From positions 192,001 to 256,000 of the forward strand of contig CAVYTU010000009.1 of the NCBI GenBank assembly GCA_963771465.1: DNA of 64,000 nucleotides, given 5' to 3'. The translations under genes and the position numbers were made by a program. Below, piece by piece: positions 29,643 to 38,984 of this stretch (position 1 is the stretch's first letter; each line of letters begins with the position of its first letter). The notes under the pieces were generated by a model. That model was given only the letters and a program-made list of their open reading frames with translations, made no database searches and was not told the DNA's origin. The DNA comes from an uncultured delta proteobacterium (lineage in GTDB: Bacteria > Desulfobacterota > Binatia > UBA9968).

Positions 29643-30233
29643 ATGGCCAGGATCAAAGGTATAACGGAAAATGATGCCGATGATGAACTGCGAACTATTA
29701 TTGAAGAGCAGAAGAAACGTCATGGCTTTATCTCGAACGCCGTGCAGGTCTCTGCCGTTAGACCGACAATCTATAAAGGAGTGCAGGCGCTCGCCCAGGG
29801 AATTCAGCAATCGGGACTGATACCGCGGGAGCTACGCAATCTGGTTTGCGTCAGGACCGCGCACATCAACGGTTGCCCTTATTGAATTGACAGCAATGCA
29901 TCCGGGGCGATGCAAAACGGAGCTGCGGCAGAGAAAGTCGAAGCAGCGCTGGGAGATTACAAGAAGAACCCGTTGTTTTCCCTGCGCGAGCGGCTGGCGC
30001 TAGAGCTCGCCGAGCGCATGACTTACACAGGCAAACGGGTCACGGATAAGTTTTTCAAGCGTCTGAAGAAACATTTCAGCGATGAGGAGTTGGTGGAATT
30101 GGCCGCGGTGATCGCGCTGGAGAACTTTCGCAGCAAGTTCAACCCGGTCTTCGGCATAGAGGCTAACAACTTCTGCCCTCTGCCCGGAGTCAAAGAAGCT
30201 GCCGACGCCGCCACGCGTCGTTTCCATGAATGA
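29643..30233 (+). CDS. AhpD/carboxymuconolactone decarboxylase-like selenoprotein (CPYU; UGA at 29883-29885)
   Basis: ORFs 29643-29885 and 29910-30233 are in the same frame, separated only by a TGA at the second Cys position of NGCPYC. Read-through gives one 196-aa CMD-fold protein. Confidence 0.85.
29897..29914 (+). promoter_or_regulatory. Putative bacterial SECIS hairpin
   Basis: TGCATC-CGGGGC-GATGCA, a perfect 6-bp stem with G-rich loop, after an 11-nt spacer from the UGA. Confidence 0.7.
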
Positions 30234-30265
30234 GGCGAGACGCGCGCGGGTCTCGCCGTATCTTT
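30234..30265 (+). terminator. Probable intrinsic terminator
   Basis: GGCGAGAC/GTCTCGCC stem then GTATCTTT, directly after the stop codon. Confidence 0.55.
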
Positions 30266-30321
30266 AGTACGCCGGGAAAATTCAAAGGTGTGACAGAATT
30301 TAACCACAAAGTACCCTCGTC

Positions 30322-32655
30322 TTAGTCTCCGCGCTCTTGGTTCATCTCGACCAGCGCCCGCAGAACTCTTTCCGGAGTGATCGGCAAATCGCGAATGCGC
30401 ACGCCGACCGCATCGTGAATGGCGTTGGCGATGGCGGGCGCCACGGTTAACGCGCCGGTCTCGCCCGCTCCCTTGGCGCCGAAAGGGCCGTCGTCGTGGG
30501 CCACTTGAACGATGATGGGCTGAACCAGGTCCGGCATGTCCTTGATCGAAGCAACTTGATAATCGAGCAACGAACCGTTGATGAGTTGGCCCTCGTCAAA
30601 GATCATCTCTTCGAACATCGTCAAGCCGAGATGCATCAACGCGGCGCCGAGCAACTGCTGCTCGCAGTGGCGCGGATTGATCGCCGTACCGGTATCGCCC
30701 ACGCTGAAAAGTTTTAACACCTTGACGTGCCCGGTTTCCGTGTCGACTTCGACTTCGGCGGCAGTCGCCGAAGGAAACCAATACTCGGTGCACTTTTCCG
30801 ACTGGCCCGTTTCTGGATCCATCTGTGCTGCCGTCGGTTGACAAACGGCCTCGGCCGCGAGGGTGGTGCCGAGACTGCCGAACTTCGCCAGGAATATCTC
30901 GCCGATCGCCATGCCGCGCTCTTCCATGCCGCGCACAACGATTTTTCCATTGCGCGCGAGCAAATCGCCCGGATCGACTTCCAGCTTCGCGGCGACGACT
31001 TCGCACAGTTCCGTTTTGATCTTTGCCGCAGCCATGCGCACGGCGTTGCCCATGTGGTACGTCGAACGGCTGCCCGCGGTGATCGTGTCGTATGGCGTAA
31101 CGTCGGTATCGGGCTGAACGATATGGACGCGACCCGCGTCCATGCCCAACTCCTCCGCCACGATCTGTGCCATCGTCGTCTCCGATCCCTGGCCCATTTC
31201 CACCGTGCTGCTCAGCACGTTGGCCGTGCCGTCGGCATTGAGAATAACGATGGCGCCGGAAATCGACGGCGTTAGCACCGCCTTCACCCCCGCCGCGATG
31301 CCTTTGCCGCGGCGCTTGGTTCCGCTTTGCGCCAGCTTGGGCTTCGACCATTCGACCGCCTGGGCCGCCTTGCGAATCGCTTCTTTAACACCGAACGAAC
31401 GCACGACGGTGCCGGTGGCGAAGCGCTCTCCTTCGTCTAACGCCGGCGTCAAACGAAACTCCACCGGGTCCGCGCCCAGTGCGCGCGCGATCATATCGGT
31501 TTGTGAGTCATAGGCCCAAATCACTTGCGGCACGCCGAAACCGCGGAACGCGCCGGCCGGCACTTTGTTGGTGTAGACGCAGTAGGAATCGATCCACACG
31601 TTGGGAATGCGATACGGTCCCGCGGAAGTGTAACCTGACTTATGACCGATGCGCGGGCCGATCTCGGCATAGGCGCCGGTGTCCCAATAGACTTCGCACT
31701 TGCGCGCGGTGAGCGCGCCGTTTTTGACGGCGGTCTTAATCTTAGTAACGACTTTGTGCTTGGTGATCGTCAAAAACTCTTCTTCGCGCGTGAGCGCGTA
31801 ACGCACCGGCTTTTTCGTGATCAGCGCGAGAACGGTGACCAGCGGTTCCAGCTTGGCGTAGAGCTTGGCACCATAGCCGCCACCGAGGTACGGCACGCGC
31901 ACGCGTATCCGGTGCATGGGAATGCCGAATGTCGTGGCAAGCTCCGTGCGCACGTAGGACGGCGACTGACTCGCCGTCCAGACGTTGATCCGCTGGTGCT
32001 CGTCGACATAAACCAACGTCACGTGCGGCTCCATCGGCATATGCTGCGCCGGCGGCGAGCTGAACCAGTCTTCGAAAACCCGGTCGGCCTCGGCGAAGGC
32101 TTTGTCGACGTCGCCGGTGCGAAGTTTGAAGTGGTAACAGACATTGGACTGTTGACCGGCTTTGACATGGGCAAGATCGGCGAAAGCCTTGGCCGGCCGA
32201 TGCTGCTCATGCACGAGGGTCGCTCCAGCCTTCGCCGCTTCAATCACGTCATGCACCGCGGGCAGCGGTTCGTAGTCGACCTCGACAAGCTGGAGCGCGT
32301 CTTCCGCGGTGCGTCGATCGACCGCCGCCACCGCGACTACGGAATCGCCGATGTAGCAAACCCTTTCCACAGCGAGAATCGGCTGATCGCGAAATGCCGG
32401 GCCGAAATGCGGATCGATGCCCGGCATCTTGGCGATGTCAGCACCCGTCAATACGACGGCCACGCCTTCCAGCGCCTCGGCCTTGGATTTCTCGATGCGG
32501 GTAATTCGCGCGTGGGCATAGGGACTTCGCAACACGGCGACATGGAGCATTCCCGGCATCTCGATGTTGCCGACGTGCAATGCCCGGCCGGTTACTTTTG
32601 GGTTCGCATCCGTGCGATAAACCGATTGTCCTACCACCGAGTAGTTCGCCATCAT
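30322..32655 (-). CDS. Xanthine dehydrogenase/CoxL-family molybdopterin-binding subunit
   Basis: RSPYAHA, GGGYG, AFRGFG, EMGQG and GAKGAGE motifs. Confidence 0.93.
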   Translation of the reverse strand: MMANYSVVGQSVYRTDANPKVTGRALHVGNIEMPGMLHVAVLRSPYAHARITRIEKSKAEALEGVAVVLTGADIAKMPGIDPHFGPAFRDQPILAVERVCYIGDSVVAVAAVDRRTAEDALQLVEVDYEPLPAVHDVIEAAKAGATLVHEQHRPAKAFADLAHVKAGQQSNVCYHFKLRTGDVDKAFAEADRVFEDWFSSPPAQHMPMEPHVTLVYVDEHQRINVWTASQSPSYVRTELATTFGIPMHRIRVRVPYLGGGYGAKLYAKLEPLVTVLALITKKPVRYALTREEEFLTITKHKVVTKIKTAVKNGALTARKCEVYWDTGAYAEIGPRIGHKSGYTSAGPYRIPNVWIDSYCVYTNKVPAGAFRGFGVPQVIWAYDSQTDMIARALGADPVEFRLTPALDEGERFATGTVVRSFGVKEAIRKAAQAVEWSKPKLAQSGTKRRGKGIAAGVKAVLTPSISGAIVILNADGTANVLSSTVEMGQGSETTMAQIVAEELGMDAGRVHIVQPDTDVTPYDTITAGSRSTYHMGNAVRMAAAKIKTELCEVVAAKLEVDPGDLLARNGKIVVRGMEERGMAIGEIFLAKFGSLGTTLAAEAVCQPTAAQMDPETGQSEKCTEYWFPSATAAEVEVDTETGHVKVLKLFSVGDTGTAINPRHCEQQLLGAALMHLGLTMFEEMIFDEGQLINGSLLDYQVASIKDMPDLVQPIIVQVAHDDGPFGAKGAGETGALTVAPAIANAIHDAVGVRIRDLPITPERVLRALVEMNQERGD

Positions 32656-32793
32656 GACCTCGTCCGTTTAATTCCCCTTCTCATACCGTGTTTTCTGCGG
32701 ATTGGAAAGAATTGGCGCAAACCGGCCGATTGCCGATAACAGAGACATGAACGCATGGCGAATCCGTACCGTCGGAGGCAACTAACTTTGGGG

Positions 32794-32824
32794 TTGACAT
32801 CTTTTTTTTCGTGTTCGATAAATT
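32794..32824 (+). promoter_or_regulatory. Candidate sigma70 promoter for the DUF1326 operon
   Basis: TTGACA at 32794 and an AT-rich GATAAATT -10 region. Confidence 0.4.
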
Positions 32825-32935
32825 ACCGGTCGACACGTCCTTCAACTTTGCGCAGGCACCGCGGACACGAAACCAGAGATATGTTCCGAAATGTTTACAG
32901 TGATCGCTGAATGATCACTAAGAAAGGGAGTAGCT

Positions 32936-33538
32936 ATGGCTTACAAACTTGAAGGCAGCCTTTTGGAAGTCTGCAATTGTGAAGTGCTGTGTCCCTGCTG
33001 GGTCGGTATGGACCCGGATAGGGGGACTTGCGATACAGCGCTGGCGCACCATTACGAAAAAGGTGAAATCGACGGTGTCGATGTGTCGGGGCTCACCATG
33101 GCGTTCACCGCGCATGTTCCCGGAAACATCTTGAAAGGCAACTGGCGTGTGGTGGTGCACATCGATGAGCGCGCCACGAAGGCACAGGAAGAGGCACTGC
33201 TGACAGTCTATACCGGCAAACAAGGCGGTCCCGTGGCCGATCTGGTAAAATTGATTGGCGAAGTGGTTTCCGTGGAGCGCTCGCCGATCACGTTTGAAGT
33301 TTCGCAAGGCAAAGGAATCTTGCGCATCGGCAGCGTCGCTGACTGTGAGATGGAACCTTTTCGCGGTCCCAACGGCGAGGTGACAACGCTGCGTGATTCG
33401 ATTTTTACGACCATTCCCGGTTCGCCGGCCTATGTGGCCAGGGCAACGAAGTACAGGATGAACAACCCTGCGCTGGGACAAAACATCGACCTCAAAGATC
33501 ACAACGCCATACAGGGCAATTTCATTTTTCAGAGCTAG
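32936..33538 (+). CDS. DUF1326 domain protein
   Basis: E.CNC...CPC N-terminal motif; G..DGVD.SGL; G.W.....IDERA...Q.EAL...YTGK.GG. Confidence 0.88.
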   Translation: MAYKLEGSLLEVCNCEVLCPCWVGMDPDRGTCDTALAHHYEKGEIDGVDVSGLTMAFTAHVPGNILKGNWRVVVHIDERATKAQEEALLTVYTGKQGGPVADLVKLIGEVVSVERSPITFEVSQGKGILRIGSVADCEMEPFRGPNGEVTTLRDSIFTTIPGSPAYVARATKYRMNNPALGQNIDLKDHNAIQGNFIFQS

Positions 33539-33584
33539 ATTCTCCTGCGCGCGGATGTGAGGGCGAACGTAGTAACTGAACGCC

Positions 33585-34336
33585 ATGGCCGACCGAAGAG
33601 CTTTCCTAGGGTTGATGGCTTCACTGGTCGGCTTGGCATGGTGCGCTCTATGGATCTGGGATCGCTCGCCTTATGGCCGCTACCTTAGTCATCAACAACT
33701 TGGCGAGATCGACGCCGGGTCTTTCCTTCTTCCCGATAACGCTCTACCTGATCGGTTGGACGCTGATGACCGTGGCCATGATGTTGCCGACGACGCTGCC
33801 GCTGCTCGAAATCTTCCGTCGCTTGACGGTGCGGCGCCAGGATCGGTCCCAGCTTCTGGCGCTGCTGGTTGCGGGTTATCTTGGCGTCTGGCTGGGGTTC
33901 GGTATTGCCGCCCACGGAGCTGATTGGCTGTTGCATGAAATCGTCGAGCGCAGTTCCTGGCTTGAAGCGAACGCGTGGCTTGATCGGCGCGGCGACGCTG
34001 CTCTTGGCCGGCGGCTTTCAATTTAGCCGCTTGAAGTACCGTTGCCTGGAGAAGTGCCGTGCGCCGTTGAGTTTCGTCACCGAGTACTGGCGCGGCCGCC
34101 ATGAGCGGCGCAACGCATTTTTGTTGGGTATCAATCACGGCCTCTTTTGCGTCGGCTGCTGCTGGGCGTTGATGCTCTTGATGTTCGCCGTCGGGGTCGG
34201 CAATGTCGCCTGGATGTTGACGCTCGGCGGCTTGATGGCCGCGGAGAAGAATCTGCCCTGGGGCGGCAAACTGAGCGCGCCGCTGGGTGTCGCTTTGCTC
34301 GGCTGGGGCGGGCTGATTTTGCTGCGTCACTCTTGA
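33585..34336 (+). CDS. DUF2182 predicted metal-binding membrane protein, two +1 frameshifts (about 33725 and 33979)
   Basis: W.LM..AMMLP, GY..VW, FQFS.LK..CL..CR.P, CVGCCWALM and EK motifs spread over three overlapping ORFs. Confidence 0.85.
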
Positions 34337-34375
34337 GCAGCGCCACAGCGAAAATCCAGTGAGAGGTTGGCCGAG

Positions 34376-35488
34376 ATGGAAGCAAAAAGCGCGAACAAAT
34401 ATTTTCCAACTGTCGGCGACGGCAGCGGGCTGGCTCAAACCGATGCGCTTTATCAAGAAGAGTTGCAGTTGGCGCTGCGCAATCGCGGCATGCCTCTGGA
34501 GGCACTGCGCTATCCGATCACACCGACCGGTCTGCACTACCTGCTGATCCACTATGACATACCGGAAGTAAACGCCGAAAAATGGCGCCTAAAAATCGCC
34601 GGGCGGGTCGCCAAACCGCTTGATCTAACTCTCGAGGAAATCAAAAAGCGGCCGCGCCGATCCATCCCCGTCACCATGGAATGCGCCGGCAACGGCCGAG
34701 CGCTATTCGCGCCGCGGCGCATAAGCCAACCCTGGCTTCTCGAAGCCATCGGCACCGCCGAGTGGACGGGCACGCCGCTTCGAAGCATCCTGCAGGATGC
34801 CGGCGTCAGCGCCGATGCCGCGGAGATTGTTTTTACCGGCCTGGATCAAGGAGTCGAAGGCGACCAGATTCAATTCTACCAGCGCAGTCTAACCGTCGAC
34901 GAAGCGACGAGGGACGAAGTCTTGCTGGTCTATGAGATGAATGGCGAACCGCTGCCGCCGCAACACGGCTATCCGCTGCGCCTGTTGATGCCGGGATGGT
35001 ATGGCATGGCGAGCGTGAAATGGCTCGATCGCATCGAAGCTGTTGCAGAGCCGTTTCAAGGCTATCAAATGGCGCGCGCCTATCGTTACGCGCAGACAGC
35101 GGACGGTCCGGGTGAAGCCGTCAACTTGATAAGAGCGCGGGCGCTGATGATTCCTCCCGGCATTCCAGACTTCATGAGCCGCAATCGGCTGGTCGACGCC
35201 GGCTCTGTTACTCTCACGGGTAAAGCGTGGGCCGGGCGAGTCGGCGTGTCGCGTGTCGAGGTTAGCGTCGACGGCGGCTCGACTTGGTCCGAGGCCCAAC
35301 TGGGCGAGTCCCAATCACCGTACGCATGGAAAAGTTGGACGTTCGTATGGAATGCCACACCGGGCGCATACGTGCTGTATGTCCGCGCCAGCGATGCCGA
35401 CGGCAATGTGCAGCCGGTCGATCAGCAATGGAACTTCGGCGGCTACGGCAACAACGGCGTGCAGCGCGTGAATGTCCTCGTGCGGTGA
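34376..35488 (+). CDS. Sulfite oxidase family molybdoenzyme (no export signal seen)
   Basis: ECAGNGR, EWTG, MNGEPLPPQHGYPLR, SVKWL and C-terminal VEVS.DGG.TW dimerisation domain. Confidence 0.92.
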   Translation: MEAKSANKYFPTVGDGSGLAQTDALYQEELQLALRNRGMPLEALRYPITPTGLHYLLIHYDIPEVNAEKWRLKIAGRVAKPLDLTLEEIKKRPRRSIPVTMECAGNGRALFAPRRISQPWLLEAIGTAEWTGTPLRSILQDAGVSADAAEIVFTGLDQGVEGDQIQFYQRSLTVDEATRDEVLLVYEMNGEPLPPQHGYPLRLLMPGWYGMASVKWLDRIEAVAEPFQGYQMARAYRYAQTADGPGEAVNLIRARALMIPPGIPDFMSRNRLVDAGSVTLTGKAWAGRVGVSRVEVSVDGGSTWSEAQLGESQSPYAWKSWTFVWNATPGAYVLYVRASDADGNVQPVDQQWNFGGYGNNGVQRVNVLVR

Positions 35489-35676
35489 AATCTTTTTTAC
35501 GTCCCGCAACGATGCGCCGCGCGAGCGATGCAAGGCCTTAACATTCCCGCAAGATCGCAATTTTCACTAAACGCTCGGGCGATTCAGCACTCGCTGGCTC
35601 GAATATATTCGCGTCACAGAAAAAGTATTTTTAATTTTCCTATACAGATGACTTATGCCGATGATAAAATCAGCGA

Positions 35677-36180
35677 ATGAAAAATTTTAAACTGTTGCTG
35701 TCTTGTCGGCTTTTCCTCGCTGTAGTTGTGGCTACGTTGTTCGCGTCAGGAGTCGCGGAGGCCCAATCCGCCGTTCCCTTTAAAGCCACCATTGCTATAA
35801 CTGAATCGATTCAACTTACTGGTACCGCCCGCATGTTTTCTAGTAGGTGACATTTCAGGAACAGGGCTGGCAACGCACCTGGGTAAGGTAACGCTCGATT
35901 CAAGCGATTGCATCAATCCGATAAGCGAGACGGCGTTTTCGTTCTCTTCAGATCAACTTGTCCTCACCGTCGTCGCAAACGGAGACCAAATCTTCGCGAC
36001 CTACGGTGGGATCCTTACGATCGAAGGTACGGTTGGAGTAATTACTGGCGGCTATAAGATTGATTGGGGGAACCGGACGCTATTTACACGCGAGTGGCGT
36101 GGGGACCGTGCAGGGAGTGGAAGACTACTGAGCACTGGCCAAAAGGAAGCGTGCAGCTAACTGGCACTATTTCGTACTAA
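35677..36180 (+). CDS. Exported beta-rich hypothetical protein, interrupted by several small insertions
   Basis: Signal peptide ..AEAQSAVPFKA, then GTGLATHLGK, ANGDQIFATY and GGTGRYLHASG in successive frames, ending LTGTISY*. Confidence 0.65.
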
Positions 36181-36294
36181 AGTATAGCACGGCATCTGGC
36201 GCTCACAGCGAAAAGCGATAAGAAAATCAGTACTGCTCTCGTTTCGCGCCCCTTACGATATTTTCCTGATCATACTTTCCATTGCGCAGCGGCA

Positions 36295-37191
36295 TTATGT
36301 GGAGCGCGCAATCTCTGGCGCGGTCGAAAACGGTAGCGGCAGCGGCGAGCGCACGTGCAGATCGCGCTGCGGGAATGGAATTTCCACGCCGTTCTGACGG
36401 AACTTTTGCACGATCGCGCAGTTGATGTCCGAGTGCACTTCGGGATGGCGGCGCGGGTGAGCGAGCCAAACCCTAAGACGCATGTTCCACGCCGAGTCGC
36501 CGAACCCCCGATGCAGGACGTCAGGAGCCGGTTTCCTTAGCACTTCCGGATGTTCTGCTGCGACTTCCTTCAAGCAACGAATTACGATCTCCAGGTCGGA
36601 CTCGTAGGACACGCCCACGTCGATGTCCAGCCTCACTGTTTCGTCGCCGTAGGACCAGTTCTCCAGCTTCGAGGAAACAAACTCTGAATTCGGCACGATG
36701 ACGGCGATATTTTTCATCGTGCGAATCGTCGTCGAGCGCATATTTATTTCCACGACGTCTCCCTCCTGGTCTCCGACCATGATTCTGTCACCGATCTTGA
36801 TCGGCCGCTCGAGAAGTAGGATAAGGCCGGCAACGAAGTTGGAGGTGATATTTTGTAATCCAAAACCGATGCCGACGGACAAAAAGCCGACAATGATCGC
36901 TAAACCCGTGAGATCGATGCCGATGAATTGAAACGCCACCACGGCGCCGATGATCATAATCAGATAATGGGTGATGCGGGTGAGCGTGTATTGCATGCCC
37001 TCGTCGATGCTCAGCCGAGAAAACAGTTGCGCTCTCAGCACCCGCTGCAACAGACGCGACGTCACGGCGAAGACCGCAATGAAAATGAGAAACATGAAAA
37101 CCGAGGAAGGCGTGATCGCGGTTTGGTTGATCTCAAAGAGCTTGAAGTTCATGAAGGACTGAACCATCTCGATTACGTCTGATAGCTTCAT
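36295..37191 (-). CDS. Small-conductance mechanosensitive channel (MscS family)
   Basis: GIGFGLQNI.SNF.AG, P.KIGD, VPNS and IPFPQRD motifs. Confidence 0.93.
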   Translation of the reverse strand: MKLSDVIEMVQSFMNFKLFEINQTAITPSSVFMFLIFIAVFAVTSRLLQRVLRAQLFSRLSIDEGMQYTLTRITHYLIMIIGAVVAFQFIGIDLTGLAIIVGFLSVGIGFGLQNITSNFVAGLILLLERPIKIGDRIMVGDQEGDVVEINMRSTTIRTMKNIAVIVPNSEFVSSKLENWSYGDETVRLDIDVGVSYESDLEIVIRCLKEVAAEHPEVLRKPAPDVLHRGFGDSAWNMRLRVWLAHPRRHPEVHSDINCAIVQKFRQNGVEIPFPQRDLHVRSPLPLPFSTAPEIARST

Positions 37192-37398
37192 ACTTTGATC
37201 CCCTTTCCCGATCTCATACGACCTGGCTCGATTGTACTCTCAGGCACGGGAGCTCCGAAAGAACCCCGGTAATCCAAGTTTGAATCGATTTCTGCAGGCG
37301 GGAGCCAAGCCAGCAATGGGGAGATTGAAGGTCGAATTAGGTCGGTCGAATTGGAATCGTGCCTGAGGTTAACTTATACTGGTTCAGACACAACCGTG

Positions 37399-38331
37399 TC
37401 ACACTTTCGGAAACACATCCTTGGCCATCCACTCCATGCGCTCCAGCGTTGCCGCCGAACTGGGCTGGCGCACGTCGAAGATCATCGTGCCGACGCCGGC
37501 GCTCTCGTAGTCGCGGATGTCGGCGGCGATTTCTTCCGCGCCGCCCATGAAGCGACGGCGTCGGTCGGCGATCTTTTTCTCTTTGTCGAACAGCGAACCT
37601 TTGAGGGCGACATGGATCGATTTGGGATCGCGGCCGGCTTTGATTGCATATTCGGCAAGCACAGCCAAGTCCTTCTTTACGTCTTCCGGTTCCAGCGGAA
37701 TCGTCGGCACGCCGCCAATGGGATGCCAACCGTCGCCGAGTTGGCCGGCGCGCTTGAGCGCCGCTTTGCTATGGCCGCCGATCCAGATGGGAATCGACTT
37801 TTGCACCGGCTTGGGTAAAAAGATCAGATTGGAAAAATTGCAAAATTTACCGTGGAAGGTCGGCTTGTCGCTGGTCCATAATTCGCGAAAGGCGCGGATG
37901 TATTCGTCGGTCACACGACCACGCTCGGCGTATTCGGGCGCTTGAAGATTTTCGAACTCTTCTTTCATCCAACCGACGCCAACCCCAACGATCACCCGCC
38001 CGCCCGAAAGCACGTCCAAGCTGGCGAGCATCTTGGCGGTGACGATCGGATTGCGATAGGGCAAAATCATCACACTGGTGGCAAAGCGAATCCGCTTGGT
38101 CGCCCCGGCGAGAAAACCCATCGTCATGAGCGTTTCGAGATGATAACCCGTGCCCGGATACTTGCCGTCGACAGTGTATGGATACGGGACGGAGATGTCG
38201 GTCGGCACGATGACGTGATCGGCGACCGTCAGCAGACTGAAGCCCAACGCTTCGGCTTGCTGGGCAAAACGAACCAACTCTTCTGGTTTTACCGTGGCGC
38301 TCGACGCCGGAAGATGTAAACCGTACTGCAT
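37399..38331 (-). CDS. LLM-class (probably F420-dependent) oxidoreductase
   Basis: ADHV, LPYRNP...AK..A.LD.LS.GR, GVGW..EE and PKPVQ..PIWIGG motifs. Confidence 0.9.
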   Translation of the reverse strand: MQYGLHLPASSATVKPEELVRFAQQAEALGFSLLTVADHVIVPTDISVPYPYTVDGKYPGTGYHLETLMTMGFLAGATKRIRFATSVMILPYRNPIVTAKMLASLDVLSGGRVIVGVGVGWMKEEFENLQAPEYAERGRVTDEYIRAFRELWTSDKPTFHGKFCNFSNLIFLPKPVQKSIPIWIGGHSKAALKRAGQLGDGWHPIGGVPTIPLEPEDVKKDLAVLAEYAIKAGRDPKSIHVALKGSLFDKEKKIADRRRRFMGGAEEIAADIRDYESAGVGTMIFDVRQPSSAATLERMEWMAKDVFPKV

Positions 38332-38336
38332 GATGA

Positions 38337-38906
38337 CTAACCCGCCTGTGCCAAAAACTTTTGTGAACTTTGTTCTAGCGTGATCGCATCGCCGGTGCGA
38401 ATGATGCCGTCGCTCACAACTGCGGCTTTGAGGCCGCTGCGATGCTCCAGAGCTTTGAAGATGCTCGGCAGCTTGGTCACGGCGACCAGATGGCCGCAGG
38501 GCTCGAACAGGCGGATGCCGCGCATGCGCACGTTGCCGACAGTGAATTCTTGCCCAAGCAGCTCGATGAGCGGCACGCCACGGGTGACAATATTGCGCCG
38601 GGTCAGAATGCCGATAGCGCTGACATCGATCTCCTGGGCGGCAAGCTCCAAAACCTCATCCTCGATGAGACTTACTGCTTTGTCGGATCGCTTTACCGCA
38701 TCCCAGGAGTCGCGAAAGAATCGATCACCCTCCAAACCGCGATCCGCGAATGCTCGCACAGTGGAGACCGAAACCATCGCTTGCGCAGATTGAGGCGTGA
38801 TGAAGATCTCCTTAACGCTCCCCTGCCAAGCCGCGCTCGTCGGTTGATAACCGCGCCACAACTCGGGCGGCATCTCTTCGGGCATCGGTCGGATCGCTTG
38901 CGTCAT
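38337..38906 (-). CDS. MOSC domain protein
   Basis: GLEGDR, RRNIV.RG, EPC and G.IR.GD motifs. Confidence 0.85.
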   Translation of the reverse strand: MTQAIRPMPEEMPPELWRGYQPTSAAWQGSVKEIFITPQSAQAMVSVSTVRAFADRGLEGDRFFRDSWDAVKRSDKAVSLIEDEVLELAAQEIDVSAIGILTRRNIVTRGVPLIELLGQEFTVGNVRMRGIRLFEPCGHLVAVTKLPSIFKALEHRSGLKAAVVSDGIIRTGDAITLEQSSQKFLAQAG

Positions 38907-38926
38907 ATTGCCTCCCCGAAACGACA

Positions 38927-38952
38927 CCGGCCACTGATTTCTCAGTGGCCGG
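38927..38952 (-). terminator. Perfect 11-bp stem-loop with GAAA loop (minus strand) between the cupin and MOSC genes
   Basis: CCGGCCACTGA-TTTC-TCAGTGGCCGG. Confidence 0.5.
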
Positions 38953-38984
38953 CGCTTACTAACATGGGCGGGTTGAAATAAAAC

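Noticed and set aside
29883-29885. Nonsense mutation, or two separate small genes (80 aa and 107 aa)
   Set aside because: The stop falls exactly on the redox Cys column, the frame continues, and a SECIS-like hairpin follows. Selenocysteine is the more parsimonious reading.
30322-32655. Aerobic CO dehydrogenase (coxL form I)
   Set aside because: The active-site loop is AFRGFG, not AYxCSFR, and coxMS are absent.
33700-33990. Programmed ribosomal frameshifting in DUF2182 (also in the SDR and nrfCD)
   Set aside because: No slippery heptamers or stimulators, and multiple same-sign indels across unrelated genes point to sequence error.
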